From a virus: a stretch of 64,000 bases of DNA. A model generated the notes under the pieces. That model was given only the letters and a program-made list of their open reading frames with translations. It searched no databases and was not told the DNA's origin. The number at the start of each line of letters is the position of its first letter. Within the stretch, counting starts at the first letter, position 1. Where the stretch lies: IMG/VR virus record IMGVR_UViG_3300022555_000009; one strand, 5' to 3'. The position numbers were made by a program, and so were the translations under genes. Positions 9,551 to 18,264 of the stretch are shown here, piece by piece.

Positions 9551-11366
9551 ATACACTACTCATCTCAAATATCATCTTCGCTGTATTACGATCTAAGTAC
9601 TGTTGAGTACCGAACTTTTTAGTTGTGAAGTCCTTATCTTCCAAATTCATATCTCGAACACAATCTAAGGAGTTATCAATAATTAGGAGATAGGTGTACA
9701 CCGTCTTCTGTTGCCCAATACGATGAATACGAAATATAGATTGGTTATACTCTGTATAATTCCAGGTTCTATCAAAGTAAATAGCTATATTAGCCTCAAC
9801 AATAGTCACGCTGCTATTAAGAACCTGTATGCCCGCAATAAGAATATTGCGATCTTTCGAGGCTTGAAAATCTGCTATGATATCTGCCTTGAATTCATCC
9901 AGGGTCCTCCCCTTCGGTACTTTGACTTCCCCGTTGATGAGATAGGGCTGCCTCTTTTCTAAGATTACCGCCAGTTCTTGACCGACTGTAGGATGAGAGC
10001 ACCATATAATAATTTTTTCGTTAGGATGCTTTTCTAAGAGATCATCCAAAGCTCCCATCTTACAGTGATTAGAGAACTTAAATTTTTCGACCTTGCGAAT
10101 AAGATTGTCTGGTAACTTTGTTTCATGGTTTAAAAGTAAGCTTGGATTATCGATGGCTAAGGAGAGATAGGGGAAAGAATTAAACACAGCTCGAGAGTCT
10201 ATGCCTCCGTAAAATTCTTGTATGGCTCGTAGTTTTTCTACAACGATTCCTTGGTAGATTTCCTTCTGCTCATCAGATAGCTCCACATAAATCTTCTGTA
10301 TGAAGTGCTCAGGCAACTCCAAAACGTCGTCAGCAAATCTTCGAGTAGACACTGATTTTACAATATCAGCCATCTCTATAAGTTTATTGGGTTTGAAGTA
10401 ATTGATAGCATATAAAGAAAATCTATTGCCAGTATCTGCATACTCTTGTAGCCACTCGAAGTAAGAGAAATTCTTTACTAAGGCGGGATCTAAGAACTTC
10501 AGCTGTGAGTAGTACTTCTCTTCTCTGTCTGCAGGAGTTCCTGTTGCAATGTATCTATACTGAAAGAAGGGAGCGGCAAGGTGTATGGCCTTAGATTGCC
10601 TGGCTTGAGGATTCGCGATATTATGTGATTCGTCCAGGATAATGATGCCAACATCTCCCTGAAGCCAATCTCGAAAGGGAATAGGACACTTACGATAATT
10701 CTTTGAATTGGATATCTCTTCCTGATACTCATCAGATACTAAGAGGAAAGATCGGTAGCTGCAGATGACAACATGAGATTTCACGTCGTCAAAAGGTCGC
10801 CGGTTTTTAATTCCCCCAACTCTAACATCTGATGAGTCATAGTTAGAAAATCTCCCCAGTTCTCTCTTGATATTGTAAGTGCCAGACCCTGAGGTAATGA
10901 TAAGTACTTTTCTGACGTCTTTGTATTTACGGAGTAATTCAAGGGTGTTACATAGTATCCAGCTCTTCCCGGTACCTTGTTCATTAAAAAGAGCATATCG
11001 GTTGTAACTGGAGCATTTAGATAGGTCTTCGAGTTGGAAATATTCATGCGGCGCCTTCCCCATAATGGGTTGTACTTTTAAATCATCTTTAGTAAAAGGA
11101 ATTCTTTGAAATTCGATCGATCTCTTGGGAGTCTTCAATATCTCTATCTGAGACCATACTTCGTTTGTAATATAAAGTTCTTCTACGTCTCCCAAAGCGT
11201 CTATGACAGAGTCATAAACAGACGTCGGAATACACCACTGTTTACTCTTTGGTTCAAACTGACATCGATATCTCTTATATATAGTAAGATCTGTATCGAA
11301 GGCGTTGACCGAGAATAATTGACTGGCATATATTTTATCGTCGCGAACTAGAATCTGAATGCTCAT
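9549..11366 (-). CDS. SNF2-family (SF2) helicase/translocase
   Basis: EQGTGKS (Walker A), ILDESH (motif II), ATGTP (motif III) and QSIFRIHRIGQ (motif VI). Confidence 0.92.
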   Translation of the reverse strand: MSIQILVRDDKIYASQLFSVNAFDTDLTIYKRYRCQFEPKSKQWCIPTSVYDSVIDALGDVEELYITNEVWSQIEILKTPKRSIEFQRIPFTKDDLKVQPIMGKAPHEYFQLEDLSKCSSYNRYALFNEQGTGKSWILCNTLELLRKYKDVRKVLIITSGSGTYNIKRELGRFSNYDSSDVRVGGIKNRRPFDDVKSHVVICSYRSFLLVSDEYQEEISNSKNYRKCPIPFRDWLQGDVGIIILDESHNIANPQARQSKAIHLAAPFFQYRYIATGTPADREEKYYSQLKFLDPALVKNFSYFEWLQEYADTGNRFSLYAINYFKPNKLIEMADIVKSVSTRRFADDVLELPEHFIQKIYVELSDEQKEIYQGIVVEKLRAIQEFYGGIDSRAVFNSFPYLSLAIDNPSLLLNHETKLPDNLIRKVEKFKFSNHCKMGALDDLLEKHPNEKIIIWCSHPTVGQELAVILEKRQPYLINGEVKVPKGRTLDEFKADIIADFQASKDRNILIAGIQVLNSSVTIVEANIAIYFDRTWNYTEYNQSIFRIHRIGQQKTVYTYLLIIDNSLDCVRDMNLEDKDFTTKKFGTQQYLDRNTAKMIFEMSSV

Positions 11367-12160
11367 TGGAGATTATGCTCCTTGAAATATTTTCTCCAGT
11401 CTACGCCGCCTTTATAGTACTCCCCCTCACGAGGATCTGCGATAACAATATCTACTGTCAAAGGAACACCCTTCTGCCAGGGTTCCATTCTTTCAAATAT
11501 TTCTTTGATCTTGGCTATCACCTCTTTCATTTCATTATCCCAGATAATGAAATCTACAGAGTCGTGAACCATACCTTGTATATAGGATTTAATATTATTG
11601 GCTTCTTTCCAGATTTGGAAATCGACCATGCAACCCATTACTTTACAAGCCTCATCATTTTGAATAGTCGTGTTGGCTAAGATATTATAAAGGCCCGCTA
11701 CTTCTTTTCTATCCTCATCCTTACCTTTTAGCATAAGAACTGGCGTTCTGCGAATTGCTCCGTGGTAAGAACGAACATATCCCTGCTCCTCGCCTATCTG
11801 CTTATTACGCTCAATGCGATCAGCAAGTCCTTTATATGTCTTAAAGAATTGGTCTCGAATATAATCAGCGACCGTAATGTAGCCCCACATTTTAGGTTCT
11901 ACATCTTTATACTTCTTAGCAATATTAAATTTCTTGTCGTAGAGCTGAAATTCCTCTATGAAGTCGTCGACCTGCTCTTGCGTCCATTTTACAGATAAAG
12001 TAGTCTCGGCGAATGTTATGGAAGCCATACCGAATAAAAATCCGAAGTTAACTGCTTTCGCCATTTGTCTGTATACATCGTAAATGTTATCTTTCTGGCG
12101 CAGTCTCTTAAATTCAATTTCTGTTATGGGCCTCATGACTTTTCTATGTGTGATTTTCAT
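11363..12160 (-). CDS. polA: Family A DNA polymerase, C-terminal fragment (motifs B and C only)
   Basis: RQMAKAVNFGFLFG (motif B), GYVRSYHGAIRR, NTTIQ and MVHDS (motif C). Motif A and the exonuclease domain are absent. Likely start is the ATG at 12160. Confidence 0.88.
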   Translation of the reverse strand: MKITHRKVMRPITEIEFKRLRQKDNIYDVYRQMAKAVNFGFLFGMASITFAETTLSVKWTQEQVDDFIEEFQLYDKKFNIAKKYKDVEPKMWGYITVADYIRDQFFKTYKGLADRIERNKQIGEEQGYVRSYHGAIRRTPVLMLKGKDEDRKEVAGLYNILANTTIQNDEACKVMGCMVDFQIWKEANNIKSYIQGMVHDSVDFIIWDNEMKEVIAKIKEIFERMEPWQKGVPLTVDIVIADPREGEYYKGGVDWRKYFKEHNLQ

Positions 12161-12201
12161 ATAGAGAATATATGAATCAGCCTTTGTATATATTGGTCCA
12201 T
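12161..12201. promoter_or_regulatory. 41-bp divergent promoter region with a TATATT box on each strand
   Basis: TATATT lies 6 nt before the polA-C ATG and 7 nt before the sbcC ATG. There is no SD on either side. Confidence 0.55.
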
Positions 12202-14289
12202 ATGACAATACTAAAACTTGAGCTTGAAAACTTCATGAACATAGCTAAAGCCGACCTAGATTTTAAAAACGGCATAAATGTTATTTCGGGAAAAAATGGA
12301 GCAGGAAAAAGTGCTGTGCTTGAAGCTATCGCTTTCTGCATGGTTGAACGCAGAAGAGGGGACTCTTGGAAAGACTACATCAGGTCCGGAACAACAGGAT
12401 TTAAAATCCACCTACTCATACAAAAGAGTGCGGCAAAAGCGGATGTCGTTGAATTCAGATATGAAGGTAATATAAAGCAAGGCGCGACCAGTAAGCAAAT
12501 TATCTACCAGGGTAAGACCTATGTGAATTCGGAGTGCTCTGATTTTATAAAGGACACCTTTGACTCCGAAATGTTGGAGAATATTATTTTTACCCTACAG
12601 GATAGTAAACCAGTCACTCACCAGACTCCTCTGGAGCGTAGGACCATATTTAAGAAAATATTCAATTCTAATTTCACAACCGCTGTTGAGAAAATTAAAG
12701 CGGATATTGAACAAAAAGAGGCTGAAAGCACAACCTTAGCATACGAGATAAATGCCATTAAATCCAAAACTTATCCTAAGGTGAGATTAGAGAGTATGGA
12801 TCCTCAGGAATTGAGTGTCTATCTTACAGAGCAATCTAAGATAGAAGATAAGATGAAAGAATCTACGTTCGATAATGAATTTAATACCCTCTACCTGAGC
12901 AACCGAGAAGTCTTCGAAAAGTATGTGTTGCCTTCGTACCTAAATACTAGGGATGATGTAACGAAGCTTGAGAAAGAAATCGGAGATTCTCTAGTGAAAA
13001 CAGAATTCTGCGAACGCGACATACGAGCTGGTGAAGCACGGCTTAATACTTTAGATATAAATATCAGTGGGCTCAAGCTCAAAATAGAAGCTCTTGAAAA
13101 ATCTCTGGACTCTGAGAGTGATTCTATAGGAGACCTTGAAAAAACTTTACAAGGTTTGAGAGCCCGTATCCGGGAAGCTCAGGTGCTTAGGTCCATCTCC
13201 AATACACATTTGGAAACACATAAGAAAGGTAAGTGCGATGCTTGTGGGCAAGATTGTGATATAACAAGGATCCAGGAGTTAGAGACCGGGGTTAAAGTTA
13301 TTTCTAGGCACATTCAGGATTTAATTTCTGATGAAAATCAGGTTACGGCCCAGCATACTTCCTGTGTAGCGCGTGTTAAAGAGATCGGTAAAACCTTAGA
13401 TGACTTAAGGAATACTCTTTATCGTGAGAATGTGGGGGTCGAGAAAACAACAAAAAATCTTGAAAATAATCGACGTGAAATTACCCAGGATAGGCTATCT
13501 ACGCAGAGTCTACAAACGATTTTACAAGAGAAAACAAGAGAATTATGTAGAATAGAACCCGAGGTCGATCAGAAAGAAACATGGCTCAAAGAGAACGAAT
13601 CTCGATGGCAGGCCTTAGAAACTTCTGATCCAGCTATTTATGAAGAACAACTGAAAGGCATACGCGCTAAGATTCAGGATTATAATCAAAGATTGACATC
13701 TAGGTTAGAGCGAGAAGCTTTCAACAAGAAGCTAGATGAGCAGATTCAAAAAGATTCTGACCAGGTGCAAAAGCTATCTGAGAAGATAAATACTCTAGAC
13801 TTAGAAATCAAAAATCTCGAGTTCGTTAAGATGTTCTACGAGACTACGTTTCCCAATTTTATCAACTCAAAGGCCTGTACCTTACTGGAGTCTTATATGA
13901 ATAACTTCCTCAGCACAACTAAGGAGGGATTCCAATTTAAACTTTTGTCCACGAAGAAAGGTATAGACTTTTTATATAAGGCAGACCCCGCGTCAGAATG
14001 GTTGAATGTTAAGTTAGCCTCTGGTTTTGAAACTTCGGTATCTAATCTAGCTTTTAAATGTGCCGTGGCTTTTTCATACCAGTCTGGACTTTTGGTTCTC
14101 GACGAGCCTGACGCATACAGTTCTGAGTCTAATAGCGAGCGGTTATTTGAAACCTTGACCAGTATTAACGACGGATTTGAGCAGATGATTATCATTACGC
14201 ATAAGACTCAGGCTATGGAATTCTTAAAGGAGAACGGCGCCAATATTTATAAAGTTACTGATGGAGTCTTCGAGCAATCTGCTGACTAA
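12202..14289 (+). CDS. sbcC: SbcC/Rad50-like SMC ATPase (gp46-like)
   Basis: LELENF, GKNGAGKS Walker A, long coiled coil with CDAC zinc hook, ASGFE signature, LVLDEP and IIITH. Confidence 0.92.
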   Translation: MTILKLELENFMNIAKADLDFKNGINVISGKNGAGKSAVLEAIAFCMVERRRGDSWKDYIRSGTTGFKIHLLIQKSAAKADVVEFRYEGNIKQGATSKQIIYQGKTYVNSECSDFIKDTFDSEMLENIIFTLQDSKPVTHQTPLERRTIFKKIFNSNFTTAVEKIKADIEQKEAESTTLAYEINAIKSKTYPKVRLESMDPQELSVYLTEQSKIEDKMKESTFDNEFNTLYLSNREVFEKYVLPSYLNTRDDVTKLEKEIGDSLVKTEFCERDIRAGEARLNTLDINISGLKLKIEALEKSLDSESDSIGDLEKTLQGLRARIREAQVLRSISNTHLETHKKGKCDACGQDCDITRIQELETGVKVISRHIQDLISDENQVTAQHTSCVARVKEIGKTLDDLRNTLYRENVGVEKTTKNLENNRREITQDRLSTQSLQTILQEKTRELCRIEPEVDQKETWLKENESRWQALETSDPAIYEEQLKGIRAKIQDYNQRLTSRLEREAFNKKLDEQIQKDSDQVQKLSEKINTLDLEIKNLEFVKMFYETTFPNFINSKACTLLESYMNNFLSTTKEGFQFKLLSTKKGIDFLYKADPASEWLNVKLASGFETSVSNLAFKCAVAFSYQSGLLVLDEPDAYSSESNSERLFETLTSINDGFEQMIIITHKTQAMEFLKENGANIYKVTDGVFEQSAD

Positions 14290-14320
14290 TTAAATAACGC
14301 GAGCGAGTTAGCTCTATAAT
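14285..14320 (+). promoter_or_regulatory. Tandem ACTAATT (14285-91) and TATAAT (14315-20) promoter elements
   Basis: Both motifs are in the intergenic region upstream of gene 14388. Confidence 0.55.
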
Positions 14321-14387
14321 AAACGTAATCAAGGGTATAGTTACCCATTTGATAAAAAGTACCGTAGTGTACAAAAAGGAGAAATGT

Positions 14388-15674
14388 ATGGCAGTTTCAG
14401 ATGATGCATTCAAGCAGTTTGCAGTAAAAACCGAACAGGAAGAAAGGGATCGCGCAGCTAAAGCCTCTAGCGGGGGCTATCAGCGAGATTTTGAAAATGT
14501 AAAATATTCCGGCCTTGAGAAAGGCGTAATGAAGATCATTCGTGGTCTCGGCGGAGTTCCTAATTCAGGCCAAGATAAGTTTACTTCTCGCACTGTGAGA
14601 CATTCTCAGATCGTTGCAGATGATGGTAAGCGCATTCGAGTCATTCTTCCTCTCAAGACAGAGAACCCAGCTTTTATTCTATGGAAGATCATAGATAGGG
14701 TTACTGAGGTTGAGTGGGTCAATAAGGCGAAGGTATTCGTTAACGAGAGGAAGCATTCTGATATCTTTAGGATGGTGTCTGTTAATGGGTACGCAGAGGG
14801 AACTAATCAGGCTAAGTACGACAAGGGTTGGGCTGGTCGCGATTACTTCGTGATGAATTGTATCGATCGTTCGATGATGGATTGGCACAAGGAAAATAAG
14901 CATTCAGTTATTCTTTCGAAGCAGATCAACACAGTAAATACCGATGACGGTAAGGTACTGGAGTTTGCTGAAGAAGGTGTACCTGCTTATGGTTTCACTA
15001 ATCTCTTGGCTTTGAATATCTTCAAGTTCTACGGTGATTGGTGTAATTATGATCTTGGCGTGGAGAAGCTCGGTCTTATGCAGAGCCCATTCCGACTCAT
15101 TAATGCTTCGAAGCATGAGGAAGAGGTGCCTGAGGATCTTCGCGATCTCATTAAGTCTGGTCCTTTGACTGATGAAGAGAAGTCTTGGGAGTTGTACGAC
15201 CTCGATAAGATTTTCGGTGTAACTTCGTACACAAAGCTTTTCAATAAGCTGAAGTTGTCAATCGCAAAGATTGATATGGCCCTCGGTAGTCATTACCTAG
15301 ATGAGCTGAAGAGTCTCGCAGACCTAGAGGCTGCAAAGAGGAAGGAGCAGAATGAGCAAGCTGAAGCGGAGAAGGGTGCGAAAGATCCAGATGGATCCGA
15401 GTCAGCGGGTCTTAATCCTGATCCTGTACCGGAAGCTCGTCCGGCGAAGCGCCCACAGATGCAGGATGTGCCTGCTGATGTAGTTGAGCCTAAAGGATTT
15501 GCTACATTAACTCCTTCTGAGCTAAGTGGAATCACTAGTTGGGTTCCTGTAGACGGAAAGAAGTGGAATATCAAGTATAACGTTCCTGGAAAGCAGTATG
15601 AGTGTCCCCAGTGTGAAACTCCTGCCCCCGAAACTTATGCTCATTGCCCTGGTTGCGGCATGTCTTTTGCGTGA
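14388..15674 (+). CDS. Probable single-stranded DNA-binding protein (gp32-like) with C-terminal zinc ribbon
   Basis: AAAGGAG RBS, replication context, YFVMNCIDR segment, flexible acidic/Pro-rich tail and CPQC...CPGC. Confidence 0.5.
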   Translation: MAVSDDAFKQFAVKTEQEERDRAAKASSGGYQRDFENVKYSGLEKGVMKIIRGLGGVPNSGQDKFTSRTVRHSQIVADDGKRIRVILPLKTENPAFILWKIIDRVTEVEWVNKAKVFVNERKHSDIFRMVSVNGYAEGTNQAKYDKGWAGRDYFVMNCIDRSMMDWHKENKHSVILSKQINTVNTDDGKVLEFAEEGVPAYGFTNLLALNIFKFYGDWCNYDLGVEKLGLMQSPFRLINASKHEEEVPEDLRDLIKSGPLTDEEKSWELYDLDKIFGVTSYTKLFNKLKLSIAKIDMALGSHYLDELKSLADLEAAKRKEQNEQAEAEKGAKDPDGSESAGLNPDPVPEARPAKRPQMQDVPADVVEPKGFATLTPSELSGITSWVPVDGKKWNIKYNVPGKQYECPQCETPAPETYAHCPGCGMSFA

Positions 15675-15689
15675 GAAGGATAATCACAA

Positions 15690-15935
15690 ATGAGAGTATA
15701 CGATAGAAACAATAAAGAGATTACTGTAGGCACAGAGATTGTGTGGGCTTCAAAGCACGGTTGTCGGGCGGTATTGAAGCGAGGAATCGTCGAACAGATA
15801 TCTATGGAGGGTATCAAGGCGAGAATCTCTAATTTCTCCTGGGGGAGAAATGAGGGAGTATATCTTGCCAGACTTCCTTTCTCTCTATGGCGTAAGCCTG
15901 AGGATGATATTCGTACCGAAGCCGAAGTGATCTAA
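15690..15935 (+). CDS. Small hypothetical protein (SH3/KOW-like)
   Basis: Starts DRNNKEITVGTEIVW and has a GAAGGA RBS. Confidence 0.7.
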   Translation: MRVYDRNNKEITVGTEIVWASKHGCRAVLKRGIVEQISMEGIKARISNFSWGRNEGVYLARLPFSLWRKPEDDIRTEAEVI

Positions 15936-15956
15936 AGAGAAATAAAGACTTTTACA

Positions 15957-15984
15957 ATAGCCGTTCGAAAGAACGGCTATATTT
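15957..15984 (+). terminator. Hairpin terminator
   Basis: ATAGCCGTTC-GAAA-GAACGGCTAT with an AT-rich tail. Confidence 0.75.
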
Positions 15985-15997
15985 ATTTATAAGAGAG

Positions 15998-17869
15998 GTG
16001 TCGACAATGGAGTTGAATGTAGCTGAGATGTTCGGTCCCGTGCTTCAGGGAGAAGGCAAGTCTCTCGGCGAGCCAGCTTTCTTTCTGAGGCTATCGAATT
16101 GTAATCTTATGTCCATAGGGTATAATCGAGGAATTTCTCAGCCAAAGATATGGATGAATAAAGGTGGAGAGAAAAATATACAAGATGTAAAGCCTGATGA
16201 TGTAATCTGGGCCACAAATGAAAACGGAAATCTCGTTGAAACAAAAGTTCTATCAGTATTCGAATACGACATCAAAGATAGAGTTGAGCTAATAGTCGAA
16301 GGGATAGATCACCCTGTTTACTGCTCAGGGGAGCACCCCTGGCTAACAAATCAAGGGTGGAAGAGAGCTGACGAGCTTCTTAAAGACGATGAAATAATGC
16401 ATTTTTCTAAGAAGCAGATTCAATCAGAAAGAATGAAAAAGTATAACCCTATTCATGATCCAGATACTATGAAAAGACATATTGAAAATACGAACTGGAC
16501 AACTCAGGGAGAAAAAATTAAAGGTGATATTCAAAGAAGGAAAGCTGCAGACACTTATGTAGACGCCGTTACTTCCATGAGACGCAATAATCCAGAAAAG
16601 TATGCAGAGATGAATAAAAATACCTCAGTAAGAATGACAACTAATAATCCAATGTTTAATCAGGAAGTAGTTAAAAAAAGTAGAGGGACCCACCAGAATA
16701 TAAATCAATATTACCCCTTTATGTCCAAATCAGAGAAAGATTTTTCTAATATTGCTATGAAAATGGGGCTGCCAGTTAAGTATATTGGAAGATTTGATCT
16801 TCAGATTAAACACAAGAGTAAAACATACTACCCTGATTTTATAATTGAGGGGACAAATAGACTTCTGGAAATATACTACTCAAAAGGGAAATTATATTCT
16901 CACAGGAATGAACAGTGGAAAAAAGAAAGGCTGGAGGCCTTCGAGGCTAATGGCTATTCCTGCACGTTTGTAAATTGTTCCGAGAGCAATATTAATGATA
17001 TTAAAGATTTAATATCCACCGAAATAAAAATGCAGAACGGGGTAAAGATTATATCTGTAACAAAAGTTAATCAATTTAAAACCCATTATGAGGGAGAAAA
17101 ATCGTTATCTAATTCCGATACCCAGTTCAATATTACCACTAAGCCGATGAGAGCAATTGATATTATGTGTTACCCTTATCATAATTTCATAGTTGATGGA
17201 ATGGTTACGCATAATTGCGGCGGTCATAACGGTGAGAAAGTTCGCGATGGGTCCGCTACTTGGTGGTGTGACTCTGAAAAGATTTGGCGAGAAAGTAAAT
17301 CGTATACTCCTGGTGAAATTATTGAATATATTAAGGACGCGGGTGAGCTTGATAATATTAGATCTGGATCTACTCACTTAGTTATTACTGGCGGCGAGCC
17401 TCTCTTACGCAGGAATATCGATCCGCTAAAACTACTTATTGAAATGCTGAGGTATGATAATCTCGCAGATCAGACATTCTATCCTTATATTGAGGTTGAG
17501 ACGAACGGCACTTGCTCAACAGAAGACTTCTTGGATACGTATGTTGATCAGGTTAATTGTAGCCCTAAACTAGCTAATAGTGGTGTGCCTCGAGAGCAAA
17601 GAATTAAGCAGGATGCTATTGAGGAGATAAAGAATCATCTTAACTCTTGGTTCAAATTCGTTGTTAGCAAACCTGAAGATTGGAATGAGATCGAGAAAGA
17701 TTTCTTGCCACTTATATTTAAGGATCAGATCATACTGATGCCTGCGGGAGCATCTCGCGAGGATCTTTTAGTTACGAGTCCTATTGTATGGGAGATGGCT
17801 TGCAAGCATAACGTCAAGGCTACAACAAGACTGCAGACCATAACTTGGGATAAGAGAGTTGGCGTATGA
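15998..17869 (+). CDS. queE: 7-carboxy-7-deazaguanine synthase (radical SAM) interrupted by an intein
   Basis: EMFGPVLQGEG...FLRLSNCNLM/C...WCDS, VITGGEPLL, EVETNGT, NCSPKL and FKFVV. The spliced product is about 255 aa. Confidence 0.9.
   Translation: MSTMELNVAEMFGPVLQGEGKSLGEPAFFLRLSNCNLMSIGYNRGISQPKIWMNKGGEKNIQDVKPDDVIWATNENGNLVETKVLSVFEYDIKDRVELIVEGIDHPVYCSGEHPWLTNQGWKRADELLKDDEIMHFSKKQIQSERMKKYNPIHDPDTMKRHIENTNWTTQGEKIKGDIQRRKAADTYVDAVTSMRRNNPEKYAEMNKNTSVRMTTNNPMFNQEVVKKSRGTHQNINQYYPFMSKSEKDFSNIAMKMGLPVKYIGRFDLQIKHKSKTYYPDFIIEGTNRLLEIYYSKGKLYSHRNEQWKKERLEAFEANGYSCTFVNCSESNINDIKDLISTEIKMQNGVKIISVTKVNQFKTHYEGEKSLSNSDTQFNITTKPMRAIDIMCYPYHNFIVDGMVTHNCGGHNGEKVRDGSATWWCDSEKIWRESKSYTPGEIIEYIKDAGELDNIRSGSTHLVITGGEPLLRRNIDPLKLLIEMLRYDNLADQTFYPYIEVETNGTCSTEDFLDTYVDQVNCSPKLANSGVPREQRIKQDAIEEIKNHLNSWFKFVVSKPEDWNEIEKDFLPLIFKDQIILMPAGASREDLLVTSPIVWEMACKHNVKATTRLQTITWDKRVGV
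16112..17215 (+). mobile_element. Intein (368 aa) with PD-(D/E)XK/Vsr-like endonuclease, inserted in the radical-SAM cysteine motif
   Basis: Ser1, KNIQDVKPDDVI (block A), CSGEHPWLT (block B), YYPDFII...LLEIY and HNFIVDGMVTHN/C (blocks F and G). Confidence 0.9.
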
Positions 17870-18264
17870 TATTGGACAACGTATTCGTATTACCTATCAT
17901 TCGAAGAAATTATCCCTCTTCCATAAAGGGAGAACTTTCACAAGAATTTCCTATTCAGGAGGACACTCGAGTTTTCTTGGGAGACTTTGCTTACGATAGA
18001 ATGGAGATTTCTGGAGGATGGTATCATTCTTTCCTGAAGGGATGGAAATGGGATCCCTGGCAACTAATCAATGTAAAAGGGAAAGTTTCTAGATATGAGT
18101 CTAAGGGATTATTTAATCTAATACCAACTACTTTAACGTCCACAGAAATTATTGACACTTGTGATTCTATCGCCGACGAGCTCCCAGAGCCTATTCGTAT
18201 TGCCTGGGAGCTTCGATGCGAAGTGTATAACAATGCACATCCGGAGATAAAGATAAATGAGTAA
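17866..18264 (+). CDS. Hypothetical protein with N-terminal segment resembling the gp23 Gol region
   Basis: VLPIIRRNYPSSIKGELSQEF aligns to MIRLVRLAYPNSIRDKLFTEF of the major capsid protein in this window. Confidence 0.6.
   Translation: MILDNVFVLPIIRRNYPSSIKGELSQEFPIQEDTRVFLGDFAYDRMEISGGWYHSFLKGWKWDPWQLINVKGKVSRYESKGLFNLIPTTLTSTEIIDTCDSIADELPEPIRIAWELRCEVYNNAHPEIKINE

Noticed and set aside
12100-12201. Functional split intein or group I intron at the polA break
   Set aside because: No HN-C/S/T junction or block F follows MKITHRK, and only 41 non-coding bp exist upstream, too little for an intron core.
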